This document shows positions 1 to 10,110 of a DNA stretch of 64,000 bases, piece by piece. Position numbers and translations under genes: made by a program. Below the pieces are notes generated by a model that was given only the letters and a program-made list of their open reading frames with translations, was not told where the DNA came from and did not search any database. Source of the DNA: an uncultured Vibrio sp. (GTDB lineage Bacteria; Pseudomonadota; Gammaproteobacteria; Enterobacterales; Vibrionaceae); NCBI GenBank assembly GCA_963676525.2, contig CAXXNB010000010.1, positions 19,797 to 83,796 on the forward strand, written 5' to 3'. The stretch's first letter is position 1, and each line of letters begins with the position of its first letter.

Positions 1-839
1 TGCGTGGTAGTTTCTATCTCGATTTATATGCCCGCGAACACAAACGTGGCGGTGCATGGATGGATGACTGCCGTGGCCGACGGGTTACTGATACAGGCGA
101 ATTACAAACTCCTGTGGCGTATCTGACCTGTAACTTCAATAAACCTGTTGGTGATAAACCCGCGTTATTTACTCATAATGAAGTCGTGACGTTATTCCAC
201 GAAACCGGTCATGGTATTCACCATATGCTGACTCAGGTTGATGTCGGTGCTGTTTCAGGTATTAATGGTGTGCCTTGGGATGCCGTTGAATTACCAAGTC
301 AGTTCTTAGAAAACTGGTGTTGGGAAGAAGAAGCTCTGGCATTCATTTCGGGTCACTATGAAACAGGTGAAGCGTTGCCAAAAGAAATGCTGGATAAAAT
401 GCTGGCTGCGAAAAACTTCCAGTCAGCTATGTTTATTTTGCGTCAGTTAGAATTTGGTTTGTTCGATTTTACTCTGCATACCACTTACGATCCTGAAGAA
501 GGGCCAAAAGTACTGGAAACTCTGGCGGAAGTGAAATCCAAAGTAGCCGTGTTACCAAGCCTTGAATGGAACCGTTTCTCGCATAGCTTCAGTCATATTT
601 TTGCTGGTGGCTATAGCGCAGGATATTACAGCTATTTATGGGCAGAGGTTCTTTCTTCAGACGCTTTCTCTCGTTTCGAAGAAGAAGGTATTTTTAATAC
701 CAAAACCGGTCAAAGCTTCCTGAATAACATTCTGGAAATGGGTGGCAGTGAAGAACCAATGGAATTGTTTAAACGTTTCCGTGGTCGTGAGCCTGAAATC
801 GATGCTCTGCTAAGACATTCCGGTATTATTGTTGCCTAA
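1..839 (+). CDS. prlC: Oligopeptidase A (M3 family), C-terminal part; gene starts before the window
   Basis: Frame is open from the window start (RGSFYLDLYAREHKRGGAWM). Contains the HETGH zinc motif, WDAVELPSQFLENW and HIFAGGYSAGYYSY, all typical of OpdA/PrlC. Confidence 0.95.
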   Translation, partial: RGSFYLDLYAREHKRGGAWMDDCRGRRVTDTGELQTPVAYLTCNFNKPVGDKPALFTHNEVVTLFHETGHGIHHMLTQVDVGAVSGINGVPWDAVELPSQFLENWCWEEEALAFISGHYETGEALPKEMLDKMLAAKNFQSAMFILRQLEFGLFDFTLHTTYDPEEGPKVLETLAEVKSKVAVLPSLEWNRFSHSFSHIFAGGYSAGYYSYLWAEVLSSDAFSRFEEEGIFNTKTGQSFLNNILEMGGSEEPMELFKRFRGREPEIDALLRHSGIIVA

Positions 840-864
840 GAGGCAAAAAGTCTTTTAACAAAAA

Positions 865-893
865 AACAAAGGGGCATTCAAAGCCCCTTTGTT
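865..893. terminator. Intrinsic terminator after prlC
   Basis: Hairpin aacaaaggggc/attcaaa/gcccctttgtt, with an A-run on the left and T-rich right arm. Confidence 0.7.
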
Positions 894-944
894 GTATCTG
901 AATTATACTGAATGTGATGAGGTACCCATAGTTCGGAGGCTGCA

Positions 945-1661
945 GTGAATTCAATCGACATTCAAGGTCATTTGCAGGTTTTGGTGTGGAATTTACATAA
1001 ACAAAGTTCCCGCAACTGGCGTACAGAACTTACCCAGCATAGTCAGTATTCTCAAATAGTCTTGTTGCAGGAAATTAAACTCACAACCCTGTTTAAGCGA
1101 TATATCAAAGACTTTCACTGGCTCGCAAATCATGCTGACGCTTTTACAATTTTTAATAACAGTGCCGGTGTGTTATCGGCTGCGAAAGTGCCGGTTGAAG
1201 AGATTGTGTGTTATCTGGCTCCTGAGCCGGTGTTCCGGTTACCAAAATCTTCGAATATCTCCCGTTACAAATTGAGTAATGGTCAGATATTGACCGCAGT
1301 GAATGTGCATCTGATCAATTTTACCTTTGGTTTAAAAGCATATCGTCAGCAGATGGAGGCTCTTATCGAGGATGTAAAATACGTGGATGGGCCGATGATT
1401 TTTGCCGGAGATTTTAATACCTGGAGTAAAGCCCGTCAGGATATGATCGATACTATGATGGCCGGACTCGGACTGGCAGAAGTCTCTTATTTGCATGATA
1501 TCCGTCGCCGTTTTCTGGCCCGCTTACCGTTAGATCATATCTACTACCGGGGATTAAATCTGAAAAAGGCTGAAGTGTTAGACACATCGGCTTCGGATCA
1601 TAATCCACTGCTTGTCGACTTTTCTCTTTCATCAGCTATAAGCCCTGCCATAAATAACTAG
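945..1661 (+). CDS. Endonuclease/exonuclease/phosphatase (EEP) domain protein, YafD-like
   Basis: WNLHK, LLQE, NVHLINF, AGDFNTWS, LDHIYYRGL and SDHNPL EEP motifs. GTG start with GGAGG RBS. Confidence 0.85.
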   Translation: MNSIDIQGHLQVLVWNLHKQSSRNWRTELTQHSQYSQIVLLQEIKLTTLFKRYIKDFHWLANHADAFTIFNNSAGVLSAAKVPVEEIVCYLAPEPVFRLPKSSNISRYKLSNGQILTAVNVHLINFTFGLKAYRQQMEALIEDVKYVDGPMIFAGDFNTWSKARQDMIDTMMAGLGLAEVSYLHDIRRRFLARLPLDHIYYRGLNLKKAEVLDTSASDHNPLLVDFSLSSAISPAINN

Positions 1662-1730
1662 TTCGTAGTAAAAAGAAATTCTCTGAAATGCGAGCATCTG
1701 CCACCCATTTATGGTTATAATTCCTGCTAT

Positions 1731-1746
1731 ATGTATAAATAACCAG
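1731..1746 (+). promoter_or_regulatory. Possible LexA (SOS) box upstream of uvrD
   Basis: ATGTATAAATAACCAG matches CTG-N10-CAG with one mismatch. It lies just downstream of a TATAAT at 1716-1721, as for E. coli uvrD. Confidence 0.4.
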
Positions 1747-1760
1747 TAAGCGATATAGCA

Positions 1761-3935
1761 ATGATGGATCCTTCTCTACTCCTCGATGGTCTTAATGATA
1801 AACAACGTGAAGCTGTGGCGGCACCGTTACAGAACCTGCTTGTGCTGGCGGGAGCCGGGAGTGGTAAGACTAGAGTACTGGTTCATCGTATTGCCTGGTT
1901 AATGTCAGTAGAAGATGCTTCTCCGTTCTCCATTATGTCGGTGACGTTTACCAATAAAGCTGCAGCAGAAATGCGCGGGCGAATTGAAGAGTTAATGATG
2001 GGCAGCGCTTCCGGTATGTGGAACGGCACATTCCATGGGATTTGTCACCGGATCCTGCGTGCTCATTATCTGGATGCGAGACTGCCGGAAGATTTTCAGA
2101 TTTTAGATTCCGAAGATCAGCAGCGCTTACTTAAGCGTCTGATTAAAGCCCAGAATCTGGATGAAAAGCAGTGGCCGGCGCGTCAGGTCGCCTGGTGGAT
2201 TAATGGGAAAAAAGACGAAGGCTTACGTCCGCAGCATATTGATTCTTTTCAGGACCCGATCACCAGTACATATATTCAGATTTATAAAGCCTATCAGGAA
2301 ACCTGTGATCGGGCTGGCTTAGTCGATTTTGCTGAGATCTTACTGCGTGTTCAGGAACTGCTACGGGAAAACAAATTTATCCGCGAGCATTACCAGTCCC
2401 GTTTCAAGCATATTCTGGTGGATGAATTTCAGGATACCAACAACATTCAGTATGCCTGGCTGCGGTTGATGTGTGGGCCAGAAACCAATGTCATGATTGT
2501 TGGTGATGATGACCAGTCTATTTATGGCTGGCGTGGTGCAAAGGTCGAAAATATTGAAAAATTTACTCAGGAGTTTCCGGGAGTAAACACCATCCGTCTT
2601 GAGCAAAACTACCGTTCAACGAAAACTATCTTAGAAGCATCGAATACGCTGATTGCCAACAACACCGAACGTATGGGAAAAAGCCTGTGGACGGATGGCC
2701 AGGAAGGCGAACTTATTTCGGTTTATTCTGCCTATAACGAGCTGGATGAAGCGCGCTTTGTCGTGAACAAAATTAAAGAGTGGCAGGATAAAGGCGGAGC
2801 TTTGAGTGATACGGCTTTGTTGTATCGTAATAACGCCCAGTCTCGTGTTCTGGAAGAAGCGTTGCTGCAGTCTGGTTTACCTTACCGAATTTATGGTGGG
2901 ATGCGCTTCTTCGAGCGGAAAGAAGTAAAAGACTCTCTTGGTTATTTACGTTTGATTGCCAACCGTAATGATGATGCTGCTTTTGAACGCATCGTTAATA
3001 CGCCAACCAGAAGTATTGGTGATAAAACACTGGAAACGGTGCGTTTTGCTGCGCGTGATCGGGGATGTACTCTGTGGCAGGCTGGTAAGGCCTTGATTGA
3101 CGAAAAAGTCTTGGTCGGGCGTGCCGGTAATGCCCTGGGGCGTTTTATTGAACTGATTAATGCCTTGGAAGATGATACCTGTGAAATGACATTAAACGGC
3201 CAGACCGATCATGTTATTAAAGCCTCTGGCTTGTATGCAATGTACGAGCAGGAGAAAGGTGAAAAGTCTAAGGCTCGCGTAGAAAACCTGGAAGAATTGG
3301 TGACGGCAACCCGTCAGTTTGAAAAGCCGGAAGAAGCCGAAGAAATGTCGATGCTGACGGCATTTCTGACCCATGCGGCTTTAGAATCAGGTGAAGGTCA
3401 GGCTGATGAATTTGAAGATGCGGTCCAGCTTATGACACTGCATAGCGCGAAAGGGTTAGAGTTTCCGATGGTCTTTATGGTCGGGGTCGAAGAAGGCATG
3501 TTCCCGAGTCAGATGTCGGTTGAAGAAGCCGGTCGTTTGGAAGAAGAACGCCGTTTGTGCTATGTCGGTATGACCCGGGCAATGCAGAAGCTGTATATCA
3601 CGTATGCGGAAATGCGTCGTTTATACGGTCAGGACAAATATCATAAACCTTCCCGATTCATTAAAGAATTACCTGAATCCTGTCTGGATGAAGTTCGGAT
3701 GAAAGCGAAAGTTAGCCGCCCTTCTAATACCGGACGTTTTAGCCAGAAAGTGGTTAAAGAGAATTTTAATGAAACCGGGTTTAGTCTGGGTTCCAGAGTG
3801 AAGCATCCTAAGTTTGGTGAAGGGACTATCATTAATTTTGAAGGTACCGGGCCACAAAGTCGGGTACAGGTTGCTTTCAATGGCGAAGGGATTAAGTGGC
3901 TGGTGACGGCTTATGCAAAATTAGAAAAGATGTAG
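1761..3935 (+). CDS. uvrD: DNA helicase II
   Basis: AGAGSGKT Walker A, VDEFQDTN, VGDDDQSIYGWRG, LEQNYRST and EEERRLCYVGMTRA. 724 aa. Confidence 0.98.
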   Translation: MMDPSLLLDGLNDKQREAVAAPLQNLLVLAGAGSGKTRVLVHRIAWLMSVEDASPFSIMSVTFTNKAAAEMRGRIEELMMGSASGMWNGTFHGICHRILRAHYLDARLPEDFQILDSEDQQRLLKRLIKAQNLDEKQWPARQVAWWINGKKDEGLRPQHIDSFQDPITSTYIQIYKAYQETCDRAGLVDFAEILLRVQELLRENKFIREHYQSRFKHILVDEFQDTNNIQYAWLRLMCGPETNVMIVGDDDQSIYGWRGAKVENIEKFTQEFPGVNTIRLEQNYRSTKTILEASNTLIANNTERMGKSLWTDGQEGELISVYSAYNELDEARFVVNKIKEWQDKGGALSDTALLYRNNAQSRVLEEALLQSGLPYRIYGGMRFFERKEVKDSLGYLRLIANRNDDAAFERIVNTPTRSIGDKTLETVRFAARDRGCTLWQAGKALIDEKVLVGRAGNALGRFIELINALEDDTCEMTLNGQTDHVIKASGLYAMYEQEKGEKSKARVENLEELVTATRQFEKPEEAEEMSMLTAFLTHAALESGEGQADEFEDAVQLMTLHSAKGLEFPMVFMVGVEEGMFPSQMSVEEAGRLEEERRLCYVGMTRAMQKLYITYAEMRRLYGQDKYHKPSRFIKELPESCLDEVRMKAKVSRPSNTGRFSQKVVKENFNETGFSLGSRVKHPKFGEGTIINFEGTGPQSRVQVAFNGEGIKWLVTAYAKLEKM

Positions 3936-3960
3936 CTGTAAATTATAGTTATCACATAAA

Positions 3961-3993
3961 AGAAAAACCCCGAGAGCAAAGCTCATCGGGGTT
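3961..3993 (-). terminator. Rho-independent terminator of the Csr sRNA
   Basis: Minus strand reads aaccccgatgagc-tttg-ctctcggggtttttct: GC-rich stem followed by a U-tract. Confidence 0.85.
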
Positions 3994-4290
3994 ATGATCT
4001 CACTCGCAGCAATCCGGCTACTAGAGGTGCTCCCTGCATCTAATCCATGATAGTCCGCTGAAATCCGTCAGCTTAATCCTTACATCGCCATCCTAGCGGT
4101 GTCCTTGACCTTATCCTGGTCTGCTAACGTTCCTCGTTAACATGCATCACTAATCCTTAGTGGTGTCCTGACATCATCCTGATGTTTGTTCCATGCCCTG
4201 TCCAGAGGGTTGTCCATTTCCGTCCTTAGTCGCAACCATCCTAGCTACGATAAGCTTCCCTTCCATGTCCGTTTCAGCGTCCTGCCGATG
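3961..4290 (-). ncRNA. CsrB/CsrC-family CsrA-sequestering sRNA (ends approximate)
   Basis: I count about 23 GGA motifs on the minus strand, many in hairpin loops (plus-strand cactaa-tcc-ttagtg, acatca-tcc-tgatgt, taacg-ttcct-cgtta). Ends in an intrinsic terminator; UvrY/VarA box and IHF site lie upstream. Confidence 0.9.
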
Positions 4291-4381
4291 AGTTCATATT
4301 ATCGAATCTGCCCTTTTACGCAATCAAAAGAAAACGATTACAACACAATTATAAATTAGTAATTTTATTAGTTTTTATTAA

Positions 4382-4394
4382 AATCAATAAGTTA
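4382..4394. promoter_or_regulatory. IHF binding site in csr sRNA promoter
   Basis: AATCAATAAGTTA fits WATCAANNNNTTR. It lies between the UvrY box and the predicted transcription start. Confidence 0.65.
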
Positions 4395-4447
4395 GTGTTT
4401 TTAAGGTATGTTTGTCTGAAAAATATATGGTAATTTCCTTACTCCTT

Positions 4448-4465
4448 TGTGAGAGATCTCTTACA
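4448..4465. promoter_or_regulatory. UvrY/VarA/GacA binding box
   Basis: TGTGAGAGATCTCTTACA, an 18-bp near-palindrome fitting the TGTAAG-N6-CTTACA consensus found upstream of csrB-family genes. Confidence 0.9.
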
Positions 4466-4586
4466 AAACGATCGGATAAATAGATATATCTGTTTATAAG
4501 TTAAAGAGGATTTGAGAGGTATGACCGAAGAAAATAATCGTTATGTGAGCTGGTTTGCATAGTAACTCACATAACGACAGATGAAA

Positions 4587-5504
4587 TTATTCGCTGACTG
4601 CTTTGACGATGGTTTTGGATCTGCTGTGTTTCAGACCATCCAGACTGAAAATGATTAGTGCACTCCAGATAAACGCAAATGTGATGGCTTTATCGATACT
4701 GAATGCTTCCCCATACAGGGTGGTTGCCAGTAAAAACATGATACTAGGCCCTATGTACTGAAAGAAGCCCAAAGTGGACAAGCGGAGTCTTTTTGCCGCA
4801 CCAGCAAAGCAGAGTAGAGGAACCGTGGTAACAATTCCTGCCGAAAACAGCAGAAAGTCAAGCCATAAGCTATTGTCTGTCATATGGCTGGTTGGTGAAT
4901 CGGCAAACCACAACAGATATATCGCTGCAACAGGAAACAGAACTAAGGTTTCAATAAATAATCCGGTCTGGGCATCAACCATGATTTTTTTACGCAACAG
5001 GCCATAAAAACCAAATGTCGATGCAAGGGATATGGCAACAATAGGTATTGAGCCGAATAAGACCAACTGAACACTGACTCCCAGAACCGCCAATGTCACC
5101 GCAAACCACTGCATTTTCCGGAGCCTTTCCTGCAGAAAAACTAACCCCAGAACCACATTAATAATTGGATTAATGTAATAACCTAAACTTGCATCCAGTA
5201 AGTGGTTCTCGCTTATGGCCCAAATATAAAGTAACCAGTTAGAACCAACTAGTAGTGATGTCACCACTAACAATGCCGTTGTTTTGCCGGAACGTAAAAT
5301 TTGTCTGACAGCACTCCAGCGATGGTTTACGTGAAGTAACAGGGCAAGCAGTAAAAATGACCAGACGATTCTATGGGCAAGGATTTCAAACGGAGCAACT
5401 AAAGTCAGTTGCTTGAAATAGATTGGAGCAAAGCCCCATAAGAGATAAGCACTAAAGGCAAATATAACGCCTTTTTTTACCTGCAGTTGGTCATCTTGAG
5501 TCAT
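4587..5504 (-). CDS. rarD: EamA/DMT family transporter RarD
   Basis: About 10 TM segments with EILAHRIVWS, ASLGYYINP and GFFQYIGP. Conserved position next to recQ. Confidence 0.93.
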   Translation of the reverse strand: MTQDDQLQVKKGVIFAFSAYLLWGFAPIYFKQLTLVAPFEILAHRIVWSFLLLALLLHVNHRWSAVRQILRSGKTTALLVVTSLLVGSNWLLYIWAISENHLLDASLGYYINPIINVVLGLVFLQERLRKMQWFAVTLAVLGVSVQLVLFGSIPIVAISLASTFGFYGLLRKKIMVDAQTGLFIETLVLFPVAAIYLLWFADSPTSHMTDNSLWLDFLLFSAGIVTTVPLLCFAGAAKRLRLSTLGFFQYIGPSIMFLLATTLYGEAFSIDKAITFAFIWSALIIFSLDGLKHSRSKTIVKAVSE

Positions 5505-5689
5505 TAGGTTCCTGAGAGTACAAAAATATGGGATCGGTTTAACAGTATAACGTGAGTCGATGACATAATGCTCGTATTAATCAGTGTTAATCCGAGTGCT
5601 TATTTTTGGTTTCAATCCATATATTGACCGACTACAATACTCAGCCTGTTATATAATTTTCATCCACCAGAATTGACGAATTTATTTTT

Positions 5690-7528
5690 ATGACCAGCAC
5701 TTCTACAGCCGAACAAATGATTGAACCGACTCCTGATGCGCAGGAGATACTGCGTTCTGTGTTTGGCTACCAGCAGTTTCGTGTTGGTCAGCAAGAAGTG
5801 ATTGATGCTGTACTTTCTAATCAGGATTGTGTGGTTATCATGCCAACTGGTGGTGGCAAATCTCTGTGTTATCAGATCCCTGCACTGGTACGTTCTGGTC
5901 TGACGCTCGTTATTTCTCCTCTTATTTCTCTGATGAAAGATCAGGTCGATCAACTCAAGGCCAATGGGGTTGCTGCAGAATGTATTAATTCGTCGATGCC
6001 CCGGGAAGATCTGATTAATGTTTATCAGCGGATTAACGCAGGGCAGTTAAAACTGTTGTATGTCTCTCCTGAGCGGGTATTAATGGATAACTTTATCGAT
6101 CGGTTATCTGAGCTGCAACTGTCGATGATTGCGGTCGATGAAGCGCATTGTATTTCGCAGTGGGGACACGATTTTCGCCCGGAATATGCCGCATTAGGCA
6201 AGTTGAAACAGTGTTTTAGTCATGTTCCGGTGATGGCGCTTACCGCAACAGCGGATGAAGCAACGCGGGAAGATATTAAACATCGCCTCCACCTGCATGA
6301 GCCGCATGTTTATATGGGAAGTTTTGACCGACCGAATATTCGTTACACACTGGTTGAAAAACATAAGCCCATTTCTCAGGTGATTCGTTTTGTTGAAACG
6401 CAGAAAGGCCACTGTGGCATCATCTATTGCGGCAGCCGGAAAAAAGTTGAAATGGTGACCGAAAAGCTATGTAACAACCACATTCGGGCCGCATCGTATC
6501 ATGCCGGAATGGACGCAGATGAAAGAGCCTATGTTCAGGATGCTTTTCAGAAAGACGATATCCATATCGTTGTGGCAACGGTTGCTTTTGGTATGGGAAT
6601 CAATAAGCCCAATGTCCGGTTTGTCGTGCACTTTGATATTCCGAGAAATATTGAATCCTATTATCAGGAAACCGGGAGAGCAGGACGTGATGGTTTACCG
6701 GCTGAAGCAATGATGCTGTACGATCCTACTGATATTGGCTGGTTGAGACGACTGCTGGATGAAAAAGAAGACGGACCACAAAAGCAGGTGGAAACCCATA
6801 AGTTAAATGCCATGAGTGCTTTTGCGGAAGCACAGACCTGCCGTCGTCAGGTGTTATTAAATTATTTTGGTGAGTATCGAAAAGAGCCTTGCGGCAACTG
6901 CGATATTTGCCTTGATCCGCCGAAGCGATTTGATGCCACAGAGCAGGCACAAAAAGCGCTGTCCTGTGTTTATCGGGTCAACCAAAGTTTCGGTATTGGT
7001 TATGTGGTGGAAGTTTTGCGTGGTATGCAAAATATCCGGATTCGCGAAAATGGACATGACAAGCTTTCGACTTATGGAATTGGCAAAGATTTTAGTCATG
7101 ATTACTGGGTTAGTATTTTTCGTCAGTTAGTTCATAAAGGACTGTTACAGCAGAATATTACCCGCAATTCGACATTGCAGCTAACCGAAGAAGCCAGACC
7201 ATTACTGCGTGGTGAAATGCAACTGGAACTGGCGGTTCCTCGTCTGGATACTGCGGCACGAACGGCTAAGTCTGATAAATTATCCAGCAAACATTACGAC
7301 AAAAAACTGTTCGCAAAACTGCGCAAACTGAGAAAGTCGATTGCCGATGAAGAAAACATTCCGCCTTATGTTGTCTTCAATGATGCGACGTTGATTGATA
7401 TGGCTGAAATTCTGCCAACTTCCTATGGGGAAATGCTGGCGGTGAATGGTGTTGGGCAAAGAAAACTGGATAAGTATGCCGATCCGTTCCTTGATTTAAT
7501 TCAGGACCACCTGACTTATCATGGCTGA
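5690..7528 (+). CDS. recQ: ATP-dependent DNA helicase RecQ
   Basis: [31 protein letters not shown], Zn-binding CRR...CGNCD, RQC and HRDC domains. Confidence 0.98.
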   Translation: MTSTSTAEQMIEPTPDAQEILRSVFGYQQFRVGQQEVIDAVLSNQDCVVIMPTGGGKSLCYQIPALVRSGLTLVISPLISLMKDQVDQLKANGVAAECINSSMPREDLINVYQRINAGQLKLLYVSPERVLMDNFIDRLSELQLSMIAVDEAHCISQWGHDFRPEYAALGKLKQCFSHVPVMALTATADEATREDIKHRLHLHEPHVYMGSFDRPNIRYTLVEKHKPISQVIRFVETQKGHCGIIYCGSRKKVEMVTEKLCNNHIRAASYHAGMDADERAYVQDAFQKDDIHIVVATVAFGMGINKPNVRFVVHFDIPRNIESYYQETGRAGRDGLPAEAMMLYDPTDIGWLRRLLDEKEDGPQKQVETHKLNAMSAFAEAQTCRRQVLLNYFGEYRKEPCGNCDICLDPPKRFDATEQAQKALSCVYRVNQSFGIGYVVEVLRGMQNIRIRENGHDKLSTYGIGKDFSHDYWVSIFRQLVHKGLLQQNITRNSTLQLTEEARPLLRGEMQLELAVPRLDTAARTAKSDKLSSKHYDKKLFAKLRKLRKSIADEENIPPYVVFNDATLIDMAEILPTSYGEMLAVNGVGQRKLDKYADPFLDLIQDHLTYHG

Positions 7529-7820
7529 TTTTTCTGTTGTCGAATATCTGCGTGAAGAAGGCCGGGTAATACTGACTTATCCCGGCTTTGATTTTGATAA
7601 GTTTGCTGATATTGCTGAAAGTCTGGTTATGTTCTTATCTGCTCAGGTTATAGAAAAGCAAGATGATGCCGATTTAAGTTCCTGGCTAATCCGGTTTGAA
7701 GACACACTGTTTTTGTTACGTTCTGAATTTTATAGTCAGTCATTATGGATAGAAGCCCTGTCTGTTGAACACTCTCTGGAACAACTGGATTGTTTAGTTC
7801 AGCAGCTAGAGTCTGATTAA
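7521..7820 (+). CDS. Small conserved protein (DUF3630-like)
   Basis: Overlaps the recQ stop. Pattern [18 protein letters not shown] resembles the Vibrionaceae DUF3630 family, from recall. Confidence 0.6.
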   Translation: MADFSVVEYLREEGRVILTYPGFDFDKFADIAESLVMFLSAQVIEKQDDADLSSWLIRFEDTLFLLRSEFYSQSLWIEALSVEHSLEQLDCLVQQLESD

Positions 7821-8010
7821 GTTTCTTCCCTGAAATGGCATGGAACTGTGGCAATTCTTCTTTAATTTCCTGTTATCTGCTTATTATCTGTGATCTCTCC
7901 TGATTCTTCACATAGTATAAAACGTTAGTATGAGCGTAAATTTTTATACCCAATTGTTCGGTATATTTTCTTCATTTTTTACGCCAAAACCAGATTTGAA
8001 AGGAGTCGTT

Positions 8011-8460
8011 ATGGCAGTTTATACAGTGGAACGTGATTACCATCTTGATGGCAGGATGAGTAAAACCATTATTGATGATCATATTCGGACCGTCGTCAGT
8101 GAAAGTGGTATTCGTGAAGGTTATGTGATGGTTTTTGTTGCAGGATGTGTGGCCGGATTAGCTATTACTGAAGCCGAACCAGGTATTATGGAACATGATA
8201 TGGACCATATGTTTGCCAAAGCAATTGGAGTTCCTTATGGTGATAATTTTGCGGATGGGACTCCTTATCGTCACCATGAAATCTGGAATGATGATAATGG
8301 TGCCAGTCATTTGCGAGCACTCATGCTACATCATTCTTTCTCAATTCCTGTCGTAGATGGTCGGGTTATGTTGGGACCCTGGCAGAATGTGTTATTGATT
8401 GAATGTGATACCGGCCCGAGAACTCGTACCATTTGGTATCAGGTTCAGGGCGAACGTTAG
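8011..8460 (+). CDS. yjbQ: YjbQ/UPF0047 family protein (secondary thiamine-phosphate synthase-like)
   Basis: AGLAITEAEP, YRHH...NGASHLRA, LGPWQNVLLIECD and GPRTR motifs. Start placed at ATG 8011 behind AAGGAG (the track starts at 7930). Confidence 0.85.
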   Translation: MAVYTVERDYHLDGRMSKTIIDDHIRTVVSESGIREGYVMVFVAGCVAGLAITEAEPGIMEHDMDHMFAKAIGVPYGDNFADGTPYRHHEIWNDDNGASHLRALMLHHSFSIPVVDGRVMLGPWQNVLLIECDTGPRTRTIWYQVQGER

Positions 8461-8468
8461 GATTAAAC

Positions 8469-8957
8469 ATGTCTTTATCATATCTAACCATGACAGATAC
8501 ACCGATTGGCCGACTTTTACTGGTGGCAAATTCTGAGGCTTTGGTTGAAATTGTATTTTTAGATGCACAATCGTCAGAAGAAAGAGAGTACTCAGACTGT
8601 TTATATACTCATCCTGTCCTAACCCAGACGGTTAATGAGTTAAACGAGTATTTTTCTGGTCAAAGAAAGCAGTTTACTGTTCCTGTCCACTTAGAAGGCA
8701 CCTCCTTTCAGAGTCAGGTATGGCGGGCGCTACAGGAAATTCCTTATGGTGAAGTGGTTAGCTATGGTGAGATAGCACATAGAGTTGGAAATCCGAAAGC
8801 ATCCAGAGCGGTTGGTATGGCAAATAATCGTAACCGCATTCCGATTATCGTTCCCTGTCATCGAGTTGTCGGCAATAAAGGTGACATGACCGGTTATGCT
8901 GGAGGTATCGATATCAAGCAATGGCTTCTACAATTAGAAGGATACGCGATTAAGTAG
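8469..8957 (+). CDS. ogt: Methylated-DNA--protein-cysteine methyltransferase
   Basis: GTSFQSQVW, IPYGEVVSY, RAVGMAN and the IIVPCHRVV active site. Likely start at ATG 8469. Confidence 0.93.
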   Translation: MSLSYLTMTDTPIGRLLLVANSEALVEIVFLDAQSSEEREYSDCLYTHPVLTQTVNELNEYFSGQRKQFTVPVHLEGTSFQSQVWRALQEIPYGEVVSYGEIAHRVGNPKASRAVGMANNRNRIPIIVPCHRVVGNKGDMTGYAGGIDIKQWLLQLEGYAIK

Positions 8958-8988
8958 CAATGATTAATTCTGTAAGGAGCATGCGTAA

Positions 8989-10110
8989 ATGTCTCAAGAT
9001 CATGAGTTACCAATAGAAAAAAACGATATGGTAAGAGATATTATCGATAAAGTTGTTTATCCGATCAGAAGAGATCGTTATGTTTATATTCTGGCTGTGT
9101 TAATCTGTGCTGTGACTTATATTATTGCTCGGATTTTTCAGGTTCCACAAGAATTTAAGTTTGTTGCGTATAATTCTTCTTTTTCTTTTGCATTAGCCAC
9201 GACAGCAGTGCTCTACACGATAGGCTTTTATTTTTATTTATTGTTTCAGTGGCATCCCAGCCCTTTAAAGCAATTTGTAATCAAATTTATATCGCTACTG
9301 AAAAGCTGGCCGGAGATTATAAATTTTGTTTTATTATCTCAAAGCTTAGCAATTGTATTGTCTTGTTTTACTTCCCTGAAAACAGCAATTCCAGCAGTTA
9401 TTCCTTACTATTTAGACCCTTATTTTGCTCAGATAGATAGTTGGTTGAATCTGGGATTTGTACCATGGCAACTGACCCACGATATTTTTTCTTCACCGTG
9501 GGCTACCGCTGTGATTAATTTCCTTTATAACTTTTGGTTTTTTGTTGTCTGGCTTTTTCTTATTTATTCAATGTGCGCAATAAAAAATGTGAAGCTCAGA
9601 CAAAAAATGCTGCTAAGTAATTGTCTTACCTGGTTTGTAAATGGTGGGATCCTGGCCATTTTGTTCTCTTCAGCTGGACCTGCATACGCGGAGAAATTAT
9701 TTCCGTTTATGCATGACTATCGAGAACTTTTCCACCTGTTATCCGGGCAAAATGATTTTTTAATTCAGCATGATAGTTTTGTTAATGTGTGGGCATTAGC
9801 CACGCAAAATGAACTTTGGGATGCATACAGTAATAATCATTTTATGATTGGGGCTGGTATTTCTGCATTTCCCAGTGTGCATGTGTCAACCATCACACTG
9901 ATTGCTTTATCCATGTATTCCCTTAATAAAAAACTTGGCTTGGTTACATGGCTTTATGTTGCCGTGATTGTAATTGGTTCTGTTCATTTGGGGTGGCACT
10001 ATGCTGTAGATGGATATTTTGGCATTTTATTTACCATTGCAATTTGGAAAATAGTTGGGAAATGGCAAGAGCGTTTTTCTGATATTGAATGTTATTCCAG
10101 TCGCTTATGA
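8989..10110 (+). CDS. Membrane PAP2-family phosphatase/phosphotransferase (AUR1/IPT1-like PAP2_3 type)
   Basis: Multiple TM segments with SAGP, SAFPSVHV and SVHLGWHYAVDG lipid-phosphatase/phosphotransferase motifs. Confidence 0.8.
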   Translation: MSQDHELPIEKNDMVRDIIDKVVYPIRRDRYVYILAVLICAVTYIIARIFQVPQEFKFVAYNSSFSFALATTAVLYTIGFYFYLLFQWHPSPLKQFVIKFISLLKSWPEIINFVLLSQSLAIVLSCFTSLKTAIPAVIPYYLDPYFAQIDSWLNLGFVPWQLTHDIFSSPWATAVINFLYNFWFFVVWLFLIYSMCAIKNVKLRQKMLLSNCLTWFVNGGILAILFSSAGPAYAEKLFPFMHDYRELFHLLSGQNDFLIQHDSFVNVWALATQNELWDAYSNNHFMIGAGISAFPSVHVSTITLIALSMYSLNKKLGLVTWLYVAVIVIGSVHLGWHYAVDGYFGILFTIAIWKIVGKWQERFSDIECYSSRL

